DNA of 64,000 nucleotides from Octopus sinensis (taxonomy: Eukaryota): positions 27,280,001 through 27,344,000 of the forward strand of contig NC_043016.1 of NCBI RefSeq assembly GCF_006345805.1, given 5' to 3'. The first letter of the stretch is position 1, and each line of letters starts with the position of its first letter. Under the pieces are notes generated by a model. That model ran no database searches and was not told the origin of the DNA. It saw only the letters and a program-made list of their open reading frames with translations. The position numbers and the translations under genes are program-made. This document shows positions 26,110 through 39,952 of the stretch, one piece after another.

Positions 26110-28815
26110 TTTTTTTTTTCTTCTTTCAAATTTTCTTCCATTTCTTGCCGAGTGTCTTCCCGACTCCTAGGGCAAAGAAACTCATAGTGTATATTGGTAG
26201 GCCATTAAACCAAACTCAGTAGTTCGTTCATTTTTTTTTTTTTTTTTTTTTTAAAGTTAAATAAAATACATGAGCAGCAACAGTTCTCACATCGACAATG
26301 CTCTTCTCAATACGTGTGATGTACCAGTTAAGACAATCTTTTGCACTTCTTGCAGGGATAGTAAGCCAGGGATCATTCTCATATAATTTTCGGTTCCCTT
26401 CTTGATCATTCCTAGTGCTCCTACGATCACTGGTATTGTAACTGCCTTGAGATGCCACATTTTCTCAATTTCAATGAGTAGGTCCTTATATTTTCTGAGC
26501 TTGTCAAACTCTTTCGCTGAGATATTATGATCACAGGGGATGCTCATGTTGATCAATAAGCAAACTTTATTGTTTTGGTCTTTCACACACATATCTGGTT
26601 TATTGGCCTTGATGGTTCGGTTCTGTATGTACTGGAAAGTCCCACAGAATGGTTACATTTTCTCCTTCAGTTACAGCCTCAGGGTGGTGATTATACCACT
26701 TGTCGGCAGTTTTGATATTGTAATGCCGACTTATTAGCCAGTGGAGATATTGGCCAACTCTGTCATGTCTTAATTTATACTCCACTGGTGCTAAGACTTT
26801 ACATCCAGAGATTAGGTGGTCCACTGTTTCAATCATGTCGTTGCAGAATCGGCATTTTGGGTCTGCTCCATTTTTTATCACATTGGCCTGGTAGTTCCGG
26901 GTTAATAGGCTTTGGTCTTGAGCAGCCAGGATGAAACCTTCGCTCTCTGCTTTTAGCCCTGAGCTCCGCAGCCACTGATGGGTTTGCTTCTGGTCAACAT
27001 CAGCTTGTTTGCTGCGGGTCACATATTTGCCGTGCAGAGGTTTCTCCTCCCACCTATCAGCCAATTGCTCGTGCGCTTTTTTCATTGCCATCATTTTCAC
27101 CTTCTTTGCAACAATAGTTGCCGTACTTCCCTCGGGTTGTTCAGTTTGGGTATCCTGCACGAGATCAATAGCAATTTTTTGCTTTCCTTGATGATAGAAT
27201 GAAGCTTCTTTCGTCTCTCGTGATTTTCCACGAGCTTTAGCATCCAGTCATTCGATATTTCGAGATATTTGGCCAGTCCAATTGTGGTTGTTTTGTAAGC
27301 TAGTTCAAATTGGATCAGGCCTCGACCTCCTTGGGCTCTGGGAAGGTAAAGGCGATCTACGTCTGCCTTTGGGTGGTGCATCCTATTACAACTCAGCAGC
27401 TTGCGTATTTTCCTATCTATATTATTTACTTCACTCATATTCCAGTTCAACACATTGTAGCTATAAGTAACAACTGGAACTGCTAAGGAATTTATAGCTA
27501 ACACCTTGTTACGTGCATTTAGTTCAGATTTCAGGACTGCACGAACTCTCCTATAACATTCCTTCCTGATTTTCTCTTTCATGCTTGCATGCTGAATACC
27601 AGAGCCTTCATTTATCCCTAAATATTTGTATGTTTGTTCTTGCTCAAGCTCTCTTATGACTGTGTCAACATCTAACACGACTGAATTTGTGGTCTTCACT
27701 TTCCCTTTCTGGAAAGTGGCCTTGGCACACTTCTCAAGTCCAAACTCCATCCCGATGTCATCGCTGAATGCTTTCACGGTGCGCAATAGGCCTTCAAGTT
27801 CATTATTGTCTTTACCATAAAGTTTTAAGTCATCCATATAAAATAGATGGCTTATTTTTTTATTGGCAATTTTATACCCATACCCTGTTCTGTTTAATTC
27901 ACTTGTAAGGGGTATTAGGGCTATGCAGAATATTAAAGGTGAAAGTGAGTCACCTTGAAAAATTCCACAGTTGATGTTTATATTTTCTGAGGCAAGTACT
28001 CCATTAGAGTGGTATAATTGGAGATTCGTATTCCACAACGACATATTGTGCTTCAGGAAGTTTGAAATCACAGGGGAAATTTTGAAGATGTCCAGCGATC
28101 TCAAGATCCATGGATGCGGTATACTGTCGAAGGCCTTTTTATAGTCAATCCATGCGGTGCTGAGATTTCTGCGCTTGTTGTAACAGTTCTCAAGGATCAT
28201 ACGATTGATTAGCAGTTGATCTTTGCATCCGTAAGAGCCTCGGCGGCACCCTTTTTGTTCAATGGGGAAAATATCGTTCTTCTCCATGAATGCATATGTT
28301 TTCTCCGCCAGGATAGATGTTAGGATTTTATACGTGGTGGATAGACAGGTTATAGGCCGATAGTTTTTTGGAAGGTTGGTTTCGTTATTCTTTGGGAGTA
28401 GGTAAGTAATGCCACTTGCTAACCATTCAGGTGTTTTCTTTGGGTCTCTCATAATTCCATTGAGCAGCTGAACTAGCTTACCGTGTGCGCACGGGAGCGA
28501 TGCGAGCCAGAATTCGGCCCTATCTTTACCGGGGGATTTCCAATTATGGGCCTTCGTGAGTGCCTTTCTTAGGTCTGCTATTGTGATGTCTTCCCATGCT
28601 TGTTGTTGTAAATTTTGGTAGGATCCTTCAGTTTGTATAATCCAGTCTGCATTTATGTTGTACGTCTTCTTGTCACTCAAATCCTTTTCCAAAAGTTTTG
28701 AACTTCTTCCATGGGAGGGGGGTCTTTGACGGTTACTTTCTCCTTCCCTATTTCTCTGTAGAATTTTTTGGCATTGGATGTGAACAGCTTATTTTGCTTG
28801 TAAAACTTGTTTCTC

Positions 28816-28897
<82 letters not shown>

Positions 28898-30830
28898 GAT
28901 TACTGTATCTAGTGATAATACAAACTAAATTATTCAAAACCATGATTATTTTTAAGCTCTGTCCAATCTCCCATTGGTGGTATGCGCATATTAGACGAAA
29001 GGAAGATGTTGTAGGATTTAAAAAATTTTTTTTTTTGCAAAACTGTGTCCAGTAGCTATCTCGAGTATTTTGTCGAGGGCTGTATTTTTCGCACCGTGTT
29101 ATTAACGCCCTAAGATACCGTCCAAACAGCTTACACTTTCTAAGGCTTCTGACAGTGAACCTAAGCGCCAGAAAAAGGGTGTGATGCCCCATGAGAAGGT
29201 ACAACTGCTGGTTATGTTCCAGGAAAGTAAAAATTATCCTGCAGTAGGTCGCTGTTATGATGTCAACGAAAGCACTATACACTACATAGAGAAGAACGAG
29301 GTAGCGATCAGGTCTACCGTAGCAGTAAGTTTCTGTGAAAGTGCCAAAAAGATAACAACAGTGAGAAAAAGGCATTTGGTCAGAATGGAATCTACCTTGG
29401 CAATGTGGACTAGTAACTGCAAGAAGAAAAACATTCTCTTAAATGATAACATCATCCGCGAGAAAGTGCGGAAATTCGACAGAAGAGAGGGAGCAGAAGG
29501 CATCGAAGAACTACAACCAAAACCATTGATAGCACTGGAGCCCAAAGATTTTCAAGCCAGCAAGGGATGGTTTGGCCGTTTCCAGAAACGGTTTAAAATA
29601 AAGTGTGTTTCCCTGTATGGAGAGACAGCATCAGCCGATAAAAAAGCCGCCGAGAAGTACCTTGAGACCTTCAGGAAGATCATCGAGGACAAGAGATACA
29701 AGCCCGGACAGGTTTTCAATATGGACGAGACTGGCTTGTTCTGGAAGAAGATACCTTCCAGAACCTACATCATGAAGGACGAAGTCAGAGCCCCGGGATT
29801 TAAGGCACAGAGGCGACGCTAATTATGTGTGGCAATGCTGCTGGCTTCATGATGAAACCAGGACTTATCTACAAGTCCGCGAACCCGAGGGCCTCCAAAA
29901 ATAAGAATAAAAACCTTCTGCCTGTCTACTGGATGCACAACTGCAAGGCCTGGATAATCAAAAGTCTTACTTTGAATTGGTTCCACCAATGCTTCATCTC
30001 TCAAGCCAAGGAGTACCTCCAAAACATATGCATGGAATTCAAGGTGTTGCTGGTTATGGATAATGCTGGTGGTCACTCTTTGTATTTGAATCATGAGGGG
30101 GTCCAAGTCGAGTTCCTCTCTGCTAACACCATCTCCCTCATCCAGGCGTGATTCGTGCTTTCAAGACACTTTACAATCGGATCTCTTTCCAACACCTTGT
30201 GGACACAATGGATTCGAACGAGAATTTCAAGTTAAAGGAGTACTGGCGTAACTTCACGATCGCAACATGCCTGTCAGTCATCGATGCTACTCTTAAAGAC
30301 ATGAAAAAAGGAAGCCCTCATCGCTTGCTGAAAGAAGGTGAGGCCAGAGTGTGTCCAGGACTACGAGGGCTTCACACCTGAAGATATTCAGCACGAGGCT
30401 GTCAACAATGCGGTGAAACTGGCAAAGGTACCTGGAGGCAAAGGTTTTGATGACGTCATGCAAGATGAGGTCAACATTCTTATCGATACCCACTCTGAAA
30501 CCCTGACAAACGAATATTTGTTGGAGTTAACTAAATCTGCTAGGGAAGAGGAGGAAGCGCCAGATCCAGAGAATGAGGTGGGCCTGACAATCGAACGTCT
30601 GTCCAACCTTTTAAGGTCAGCAAAGGAATTGCAAGGGAAGACGTTCAGCCTATCCAATTTAAAAATTACATCGATGCGTCCATGCAGACATATAAAACTT
30701 TCCTCTCCACCATGGAGAAACAGTGACAGTAACTTCTCATCACTTCCTCAAAACCCACCAAGAAAGTCACGAAGGAAGATACGACATCTAAAATACTTAA
30801 TGAAGAGGCGTCACCCGAAGAACTTTAATC
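25831..30830 (+). mobile_element. Tigger/pogo-like DNA transposon (transposase 29181-30780), interrupted by the Dong LINE
   Basis: CENP-B HTH FQASKGWFGRFQKRF; DDE motifs VFNMDETGLFWK and LLVMDNAGGH; candidate left end with ttattcgc repeats at 25831-25895; right TIR not found. Confidence 0.8.
26110..28817 (-). mobile_element. 5'-truncated R4/Dong-clade non-LTR retrotransposon (RT + CCHC + restriction-like endonuclease)
   Basis: GIFQGDSLSPL, YMDD, CRFC..ETVDHLISGC, RHD, KPD motifs across ORFs 27097-28692, 26600-27160, 26287-26592; (TAA)n on both flanks. Confidence 0.92.
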
Positions 30831-30939
30831 TTTGCTGCAGTCATTATCTTCATTATTTCTTATCATTACTTTAAATCAATATCATTCATTATTGGTGAAT
30901 AACCGTACATTTTACTTTATTTTTATTAAATTATTATTA

Positions 30940-31009
<70 letters not shown>

Positions 31010-31311
31010 TATATATAACATAAATATATATTATATATATATAACATAAATATATATATAACATAAATAATAATATTATTTTTATGTATTTTTTTTCACA
31101 CTGAGGAAAACAGTAATATGTAATTTATTTAAATTTAATTAATTTCTAATTTTTCTACCATGTTATTTACATGCTACTATTGGTGTTCTAAACGATCGTA
31201 TGCATGGATTAAAATTCTTTTAAAATTTTTAACATCTTCTTTTCTACACTTTTGACAGTTTCCTGATTTTCTATGGGATAATTGTTCTATAAATTCTCAT
31301 AACTCACCTTA

Positions 31312-31347
<36 letters not shown>

Positions 31348-31403
31348 TGTATGTATGTATGTATGTATGTATGTATGTATGTATGTATGTATGTATGTAT
31401 GTA

Positions 31404-32262
31404 TGCCTGCGAGACGTGGGTCATATATCGATACCACCTTAAACAACTGGAACGTTTCCATCAGATGTGCCTCAGACGGATCAATGGCATTAAGTGGAAG
31501 GACCGCATCAGTGATCTTGAAATATTGGAAGGCTCTCGGTGTGAAAGTATAGAAGCTCTTGTGTTAAAGCAAAGGCTCAGATGGAGTGGCTCAGATGGAG
31601 TGGCTCAGATGCCAAAACAACTCTTTTATGGAGAGTTAGGTAAAGGAGAACGACCTCCACATAAACCAAAAAAGAGGTATAAGGACTTGCTGAAGGCTTC
31701 CTTAAGAGATGCTTGCATCTCTCCTGACACATGGGAAGGCATAGCTATTGATCGTAGCTGGTGGAGAAGGATTGTGCATGAGGGGACAGCCACTTTTGAG
31801 AAATCTCAAGTTGCACATGAGAAAGTAAGGAGGGATGTCAGGAAGGGCATCGCTGTTACACTTCCAGAAGGGAATGATCTTCCTTTGATTCTGACATGCA
31901 ATGTCTGTGCAAGACCCTGCCTCAATAAAGCTGGACTCATGAGTCATCTTCGTAGTCATAAAACGAGACAAATGAGTGACAACCTTGCCACTGGTGGTGG
32001 TGTTACACACCATACTAATCATATCTGTCGGGCATGTAGAAGATAATGTAATTCGGCAGGAGGACTTAAACGACATGCAAAGGTACTTCATGTACCAGTT
32101 ACAACTACAGCCGGATATTACTAGTAAAGGTTTTTGTTGCCAATTTTGTACAAGACATTGTAGATCTTTAGCTGGGTTAAAAAGTCACATTCGATCACAG
32201 CACCAGTAACAGTTAAGCTTCGTGCAATGGCCATACTCGATAACGAGGAGGCAGCCATAATA
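31404..32262 (+). mobile_element. RTE LINE 3' fragment with three C-terminal C2H2-like fingers
   Basis: ACETWVIYRYHLKQLERFHQMCLRRI, PKQLFYGEL; CNVC..SHLRSH, CRAC..RHAKVLH, CQFC..SHIRSQH. Confidence 0.85.
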
Positions 32263-32460
32263 ATGTATTATGTATGTGTGTGTATGTATATATTTATATA
32301 TGTTTGCATATACACATATATACATACATATACACATGTATATATATATGTATATATGTATGTATGTATATTTACATATATAAACATACATACATACATA
32401 CATACATACATACATACATACATACACATACATACATACATACATACATATGATGAGACC

Positions 32461-32752
32461 GATGAGACATGATGTTGTAGCTAGGACACTCTATAATGAA
32501 ATCTGTCGGAAGGATAACCCCGAGGACAAAGAAATAAGAACCCACAGTATGGTCGAATCATCACCACTCATAATAAAAGGGAGTACTCGTGGAATGTCCT
32601 AGTAAAGACCTCAAAATGTGAACACAATAGACCTGATACAATGATTTAGGATAGAGAAGAGAAACTGTGTACAGTTGTGGCAATCAACTGCCCAGCGGTT
32701 GTTAACATAAAGATAAAGATCAGCGAAAAAGAAAATACTTACGCTGAACTAT
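32461..32752 (+). mobile_element. restriction-like endonuclease fragment of non-LTR element
   Basis: RHDVVARTLY, HNRPD, EKENTYAEL motifs. Confidence 0.65.
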
Positions 32753-33336
32753 TTTTTAGTCGAGTGAATCGACCCCAGTACATATTTTTTAAGCTTGATA
32801 CTTATTTTATCGGTCTCTTTTGCCGAACCGCTAAGTTACGGGGATGCAAACGCACCAACACTGGTTATCAAGCGGCGGTGGGCGATAAACACACACACAC
32901 ACACAGACGCACGCACGCACGTGCGCGCGCACACACACATGCGGACTTCTTTCAGTTCCGTCTACCAAATCCACTCATAAGGCTTTGGTTGGCTATTGAA
33001 GACACTTGCCCAAGGTGCCACATAGTAGGACTGAACTAGGAGCCATGTGATTGGGAAGCAAAAATCTTACCACACAGCCACGCCTGCACACACACACACA
33101 CACACCAGTTTGATCCTGACTGAACTTCCTACTCTTTGAGCTTGCATACCTGAACCACTTTCCGAACTATCATCACTTCTCATCTACATACCAGCACTCC
33201 ACCCGGATTACCACTGGATCTTCTGACTTTACCTTCACGGATTTTAGTAGGATATTTTCGTTGATGTAAATCGCTCCGATCTACCACGACTTTTGAACTT
33301 CTTGGAGTTCTTGAACTTTCTGAACTTTTGTCGTAT

Positions 33337-33374
33337 TCCTTCTGTTGAAGAGCGTAGGCTCGAAACGTAAAAGA
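33337..33374 (+). ncRNA. minimal hammerhead-like motif, sister of 12360
   Basis: TCCTT-CTGTTGA-A-GAGC-GTAG-GCTC-GAAA-CGTA-AAAGA. Confidence 0.5.
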
Positions 33375-34157
33375 CTCTTTCATTTTCCCGATTGTCAAAC
33401 TAATGCACTTACTTGTTCACACACCTGTCTTCGTCTTTTGTTTTTCTATAAATTTCAACTATATATATATACTAGCTTAGTAGCCCTTCGTTGCCGGACG
33501 GTTTTCACAATAGGGGGCTTTTATTTCAATTTTTTTTATTCCATGTCAGACCATATTTTCCCCGATCTCTGACAGCTAATCCTCTTGATCAGAACGGATT
33601 TCTGCATTATTTGGGGCATTTCTGCATTATTTGTTTTTACGCTTGCTGCATAGATGTAGATATTTTCTTATTTCCTACTCTTGAATATTCTACGTAAAGC
33701 TAACCGTTAGGCTCTTCAAGGTGAAAACCGGCAACCGAAAATGTTTGCCCTTGCGATTAGTTGATAGTCATGGCAAAACTAAGACTCACTAGAAATTTAT
33801 CTCGTTCGAACTGAAGTGGGACTTCGTCTCCTGAATCCGTGCGCTTATCATCTAATCGATGCATCCTATGCTCAGAGAGAGAGAGAGAGACAGATAGAGA
33901 GAGAGGGGGATCTTTTGAAGCTTTAAAATTCAGTGAGAATTTTCAGATTCAGTATATTGATGTAACTTTCACGCTAAATTCGATTTTGTGATTCATTTAT
34001 TCCAGAAAAATTTTAGAAAAATGTCGCAGATGTTTGATCATTTTATTTTTTTTTTTTACCCAATCAGCATGGGAGCTAGCATGTTCTTCGTGATAGCTGT
34101 CTATCACAAAATGAAAGTAAATTTTAAACAAAAAGAAAGCATATACAATACCAAGAA

Positions 34158-34198
<41 letters not shown>

Positions 34199-34739
34199 GG
34201 ACAGCAGCATGCATGAAAGATACACATATACAGAGAAAGAGTGAGAGTGTGTGGTAAGTATCTATAAAGAGGAGGGGGGAACGTAAAAGACTGAGAAAGA
34301 CAGGTAGATAGATATGACATAGAAAAAAGATTTAGCGATCTAAAAGTTGAGTTATTTCTCGTGTCAAGTTATGTTTTTTATTATGATTTACTGAAAACCT
34401 TCTTTTTGGAGTGCCTATTTCGAAAATCAAATCAAATTCATATCTGAGCCTTATACTTTTGTAAAGTTGTTTGTCGTGGCCGGTCAGAGAGTGAACATCG
34501 GCTCCGCACCTATAAAGCTCTTAGCTGTATATGCGACTCGTTAGCTAGAGGTACAAACCTCTCTACAACTGGAGGGAAGAACACGTCGTGGTTAGTTAAG
34601 TTTCTAAACAAACAATTCGGGAACGAAATTCTACTGGCAGCAAATATAAGCGAGGTGGAGTTATCCCCCTTAGATTGGCTCTGGTTAAGTCCAAAACGAG
34701 TTTATTGCTTTTCCTAGATGGCAAACGAGGAATGCTGTC

Positions 34740-35060
34740 TACAACATGAATTTCTTCTGGAGAGAACACCGACAAAACATCACTTTTTTGGAGTATATGA
34801 AGGTCTCCGAATCTAGTGAGTTTTTCATGTTTCTTGCTCTGTCAACTAAGCAAAGCTTACGTCATTTGTTCCCCTTGAGGTACGGTCCCGGTTGTTCTAG
34901 GAGCCTCCGTTTATTTATGCATGGTGTACCCACTTCTTTTAAACGCCATACGTAGCTGGTCACTTTGGTATCCTAAAATATGACCTGTAATTGTTCAGAG
35001 AACGCTTGAATGGACTCTCTGTAGATCCCATATATTTCTGTGTCTGCGCCCTTGTCCTAG
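34740..35060 (-). mobile_element. Penelope-like GIY-YIG endonuclease remnant
   Basis: KYMGSTESPFKRSLNNY, YVWRLKE, PGPYLKGNK*RKLCL, RCSLQKKFML. Confidence 0.7.
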
Positions 35061-35178
35061 TAATGTTACGGCTGTTAAAGTCATCATTGCTGCCGTTGTT
35101 GTTGTTACTTCTGGATTCGTTGCTGGTGGTGGTGCTACTGGTATTGCTGCCATTGGGTGAGCTGGGTATTGCTGCCAT

Positions 35179-35473
35179 AAGGCGGTGAGCTGGCAGCAAC
35201 GTAAGGCGGTGAGCTGGCAGCAACGTAAGGCGGTGAGCTGGCAGCAACGTAAGGCGGTGAGCTGGCAGCAACGTTAGCACACAGGGCGAAATGCGTAGCC
35301 GTATTTCGTCTGCCGTTACGTTCTGAGTTCAAATTTCGCCGAGGTCGACTTCGCCTTTCATCCTTTCGGGGTCGATTAAATAAGTACCAGTTACGCACTG
35401 GGGTCGATATAATCGACTTAATCCGTTTGTTTGTCCTCTCTGTGTTTAGCCCCTTGTGGGTAGTAAAGAAATA
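35179..35473 (+). mobile_element. SINE with 24-bp head repeated 4 times
   Basis: (aaggcggtgagctggcagcaacgt)x4; 14-bp TSD ggtattgctgccat at 35165-35178 and 35474-35487. Confidence 0.85.
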
Positions 35474-35905
35474 GGTATTGCTGCCATTGTTACTGTTATT
35501 GTTGGGCGCGATACTGGTGTCCTCAGTTACTGCCGTATATGTGTGTGTGTGCGTGCGCGCGCGATTGTGTGCTTGTGCGTGTATGTTACTATGATCGTGT
35601 TTGTCATAACACGATCAGAAATGCTTCACAACCACTGTTGGTATATTTGCACCACCACCCCCACACACACATATATTCTTTTATTCTTTTCAGTCATTTG
35701 TCTGCGGCCATGCTGGAACACTACCTTTCGTCGAACAAATCGATCCCAGGACTTATTCTTTGTAAGCCTAGTACTTATTCTATCAGCCTCTTTTGCTGAA
35801 TCACTGAGTTACAGGGATGTAAACACACCAACATCGGTTGTCAAGCGATGGTGGGGACAAACACAGACATACAACATACATACATACATATATATATATA
35901 TATAT

Positions 35906-36014
<109 letters not shown>

Positions 36015-36121
36015 CATATATATATATGTCCCAAAAAGAAGAACAAACACAAAAAAACAACAACGCGTGGACGTGGTACATGTAAAGTATTAGCAGACGT
36101 TCGGGGAAGGAAAGAAAGATG

Positions 36122-36157
36122 GTTTAACGTTTCGAGCCGACGCTCTTCTTCGGAAAC
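36122..36157 (-). ncRNA. minimal hammerhead-like motif downstream of PLE endonuclease
   Basis: GTTT-CCGAAGA-A-GAGC-GTCG-GCTC-GAAA-CGTT-AAAC; palindromic AACGTT stem III; U4C core change. Confidence 0.6.
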
Positions 36158-36925
36158 AGAGAAAAGTCCAAGAAGGGAAGACGGAAGAAGATAATCGCCA
36201 ACGATTCAGATGTGGTTACATTTAAATCTGAAAGAAGAAGCGCATTGTAAGATATAGAACAGTATATATTAGAAATGGGGAAAGCCGGTTAAAGAGATGA
36301 GCTTTATGGCGTATCGTCAGATCTCTAAAACTTGTTGACCCAAGAGATCTTTAAAATATGTAGGAAATGCCTCATTGCTCAAAGGTAACAATTGGGGATT
36401 ATCTCCCTTCGCTACTGGCTATCGACTTCCGACTGTGCCGCCATCTTGTGGACCCCAGAAAGCTAGTAGGAACCTCCTGAAATTTAAAGATGGCCCGAAA
36501 ATCTCCGTTCTGAAATTAAGGGTGTCCCCTGGTTCGAGTGAGATCTTTAAGATTCTCGCGCATTCAGCTATGCATAATATGCAACGCTTCGTCCCGTTGG
36601 TGTAGGGGCCTGGGGTCTCGAGGATTTTCTATGAGATCAAGTATGGAATCCCATTGTCTCTTAGCTGCTAGACGTGGCTGCCCAGTGATATTACGTATCA
36701 CCTTTCCAGAACTCTGAGGGAGGACCTGCTGTTGGAGAGGCGTTGGTTGAAAGAGTTCCCGGAACATCCAATGTATCTCCGTGAGCGTGTGTTGTCGGTG
36801 CTGTATGGGTGTTAGTAGTAGTTGTTGTTGTTGTTGTTGCTGCTGCTGCTGCTGCTGCTTCCTCAGACATAGTTGTTGGAGCTGGGACTGCTGGATGTGA
36901 TGGTGGTGTCGGTAATGGTATCACC

Positions 36926-37348
36926 AGGCGGCGTGCTGGCAGAAACGTTAGCACGCCCGGCGAAATGCTTAGTGGTATTTCGTCTGCCGTTACGTTGTGA
37001 GTTCAAATTCCGCCGAGGTCGACTTTGCCTTTCATCCTTTCGGGGTCGATAAATTAAAGTACCAGTTACGCACTGGGGTCGATGTAATCGACTTAATACC
37101 TATGTCTGTCCTTGTTTGTCCCCTCTGTGTTTAGCCCCTTGTGGGTAGTAAAGAAATAGGTATTTCGTCTGCCGTTCGTTGTGAGTTGTGAGTTCAAATT
37201 CCGCCGTGGTCGACTTTGCCTTTTATCCTTTCGGGTTCGATAAATTAAGTACCAGTTACGCACTGGGGTCGATGTAGTCGACTTAATACCTATGTCTGTC
37301 CTTGTTTGTCCCCTCTGTGTTTAGCCCCTTGTGGGTAATAAAGAAATA
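36926..37348 (+). mobile_element. SINE with internally duplicated 3' part
   Basis: 16-bp TSD ggtaatggtatcacca at 36911-36926 and 37349-37364; segment 36975-37160 repeated at 37159-37350. Confidence 0.85.
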
Positions 37349-37555
37349 GGTAATGGTATCACCACTGCCAGTTATGGAGAAAGCGGTGTTGTTGTTATTG
37401 TGCTCCTCGTCACTGGTGTGAAAGTTGGCATTGCTGCTAGAGGTGTCATTAGCTGTGGTTCCGCTGGTGTTTCTGCTAGGGCCACTGGCACTGCTGCTGC
37501 TGCTGTTGCCATTGCTGCCATTATTGCCGTTATTGCTGGCAGTGGCACTGGACCT

Positions 37556-37654
37556 GTTGCTGCTGCTATAGAGGTTGTCAGGTTTGCTGCTGCGGACGTT
37601 AGGGCAGCTGTTGGTAATGCTGCTGCTTGTTGTTGTTGTTGTTGTTGCTGCTGC

Positions 37655-37686
<32 letters not shown>

Positions 37687-37702
37687 TTGTTGTTGTTGCT
37701 GC

Positions 37703-37782
<80 letters not shown>

Positions 37783-37831
37783 TTGTTGCTGCTGTTGTTG
37801 TTGCTGTTGTTGTTGTTGCTGTTGTTGCTGC

Positions 37832-37887
<56 letters not shown>

Positions 37888-38016
37888 TTGTTGTTGCTGT
37901 TGTTGCTGCTGCTATAGAGGTTGTCAGGTTTCCTGCTGCGGACGTTAGGGCAGCTGTTGGTAATGCTGCTGCTTGTTGTTGTTGTTGTTGTTGTTGCTGC
38001 TGTTGTTGTTGCTGCG

Positions 38017-38047
<31 letters not shown>

Positions 38048-38157
38048 TTGCTGCTGTTGTTGTTGCTGTTGTTGCTGCTGCTATAGAGGTTGTCAGGTTT
38101 CCTGCTGCGGACGTTAGGGCAGCTGTTGGTAATGCTGCTGCTTGTTGTTGTTGTTGT

Positions 38158-38219
<62 letters not shown>

Positions 38220-38280
38220 TTGCTGCTGTTGTTGTTGCTGTTGTTGTTGCTGCTGCTACTGCTGCTGCTGCTGCTGCTGC

Positions 38281-38316
<36 letters not shown>

Positions 38317-38346
38317 CGTCGTCGTCGTTGTTGTTGTTGTTGTTGT
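37556..38346. repeat. (GCT/GTT)n trinucleotide array with a ~60-bp spacer present 3 times
   Basis: ctatagaggttgtcaggttt...ggtaatgctgctgctt at about 37567, 37911 and 38080. Confidence 0.95.
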
Positions 38347-39915
38347 TAAGCAACAAGACGGGTAAGGGTGATTAGGTGATGGCCTAGGGTTTAGGGACGG
38401 GAAACCCCAGACCTTGGAAAAAAAAACTTTCGTCGTCTTGTTGTAGTCGAGGGCTCTTCGTTGACGCCCGACACCACTGGGAGGTGGCCCTCGAAGTCGC
38501 TGCAAATGGAGATCTCCAGGTCCAAATTCTTAGACGGCTGCTGCTGATAATAGTGATGTTGCTGTTGTTACTGCTGTCGATGCTGTCGATGCTGTCGAGA
38601 GAATTGCCAATGGCTGTCGCTGGTACTTTATTGTTATTGTTGCTAATGTTGTTAACCGTGGCGATGGTGGCGGTGTTGCTAGTTCTGTTCTCGTGTCTTC
38701 GGCTGCTACTGCTTCTACCGGTGGTATTGCCAGGGTTTGCTGGCTTTGGCTTCATAGATGACCCTTTTGGTTTCGCAGTGGCCTCCCACCGGGCAGCTGT
38801 TGCGGTCTCTGCATGAACATCCTGCCTCTTCCTGTGGTTTAGGGGCGCTAACTAGGATGCCCTTAATATTGAGGGCACAGCTAAACGAGACACGAACGTT
38901 GTGCCTGTTGAAGGCGGCGAGCTGGCAGAAACGTTAGCACGCCGGACGAAATGCTTATCTAATAATTTAAGGAATATTCTACCCACGTGTGATTTTTATT
39001 AAGAGAGAAGGGGTTGAACCAAATGATATTTCTGCAGCGCTTTCTTCTCCGATTATTGGGTTCCGGTATGAAGGAATCCACTGGCAGCTAGGTCCCCGTT
39101 ATAGTACGGGGCCGTTGCGTCGAAAACCTCTTGGTTGAATGAAAGGATCGTGATATTTTTACTAACACCCTTCACCAGATTTTTGAAAATGATGGGTGGG
39201 TGGTAGGAGACTGTGGTGATGTATGTTAACCACTCGTTCGGTTTGCGGTAGGGCCTGTACCAAAGCCGAAGTCGAGCGTAACATCGAAGTCCGCGGTTGT
39301 GAGGTTGGTCTCTATGGTGATTTTTGATCCCATGGAGGCAAGCGTGCTGATTAAGTCTTTTCTAAGCCTGTCTAGTGTATGCCCGTTTTCCCCCTAGAGA
39401 TGGCCAGGGCGTTATCTCTGTAGAGGCTAAAGAAAACAGAGGGGAACTTTTCTTAAGGATATCGAGGATATATAACCCGATGAGGTCGCATACGTCAGCT
39501 CTGTCGAAGGCTCCCAACGCTACGTCAAAGGAGCCTGTGGGGTCGGATTGCTTGACCCATGCCGAACCTTTGTTGAACAGCACTGTCTTTCTGGCATACA
39601 TAATGACTTCTATATCTCTGTCGCTAAAGTTAGTGAAGCCCCTAGCGAAAGCAAACACCTTTATCAGTCCTTTTGATATAGATGAGTAAAAGTCGACTAT
39701 ATCAATTTGAGTGAACCTTGCTCTGCCGCTTCCCTTGATGGTGCTGAACCATGAGGCCCTCCTTATGTCGTTACTGGTTACCTTGAGTAGTGAGGCATTT
39801 CCTCCATATTTTTAAGAGGTCTTGGGTCCACAGGTTTTTGGGATCTGACGCACACCATAAAGCTAAACTCTTTATGGATAGGAAACTAAGGTAATCTCAT
39901 AAACCGGTCTTCCTC

Positions 39916-39949
<34 letters not shown>

Positions 39950-39952
<3 letters not shown>

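Larger units (their letters stand above)
36030..39800 (-). mobile_element. Penelope-like element: RT - low-complexity linker - GIY-YIG - terminal repeat with hammerhead
   Basis: RT FDVALGAFDRADVCDLIGLYIL, YRKPN..HPP, RNIIWFNP, FNRHNVRVSFSC; EN KILETPGPYTNGTKRCILCIAE..LNFRTEI; hammerhead-like motif at 36122-36157. Confidence 0.8.

Noticed and set aside
37567-38140. Repeat-spacer appearance (CRISPR-like)
   Set aside because: Spacers are microsatellite, context is eukaryotic, no cas genes
37331-38505. Poly-Cys/Leu/Ala-Val/Thr ORFs as a host low-complexity protein
   Set aside because: Trinucleotide array inside a decayed PLE; no splice or domain evidence
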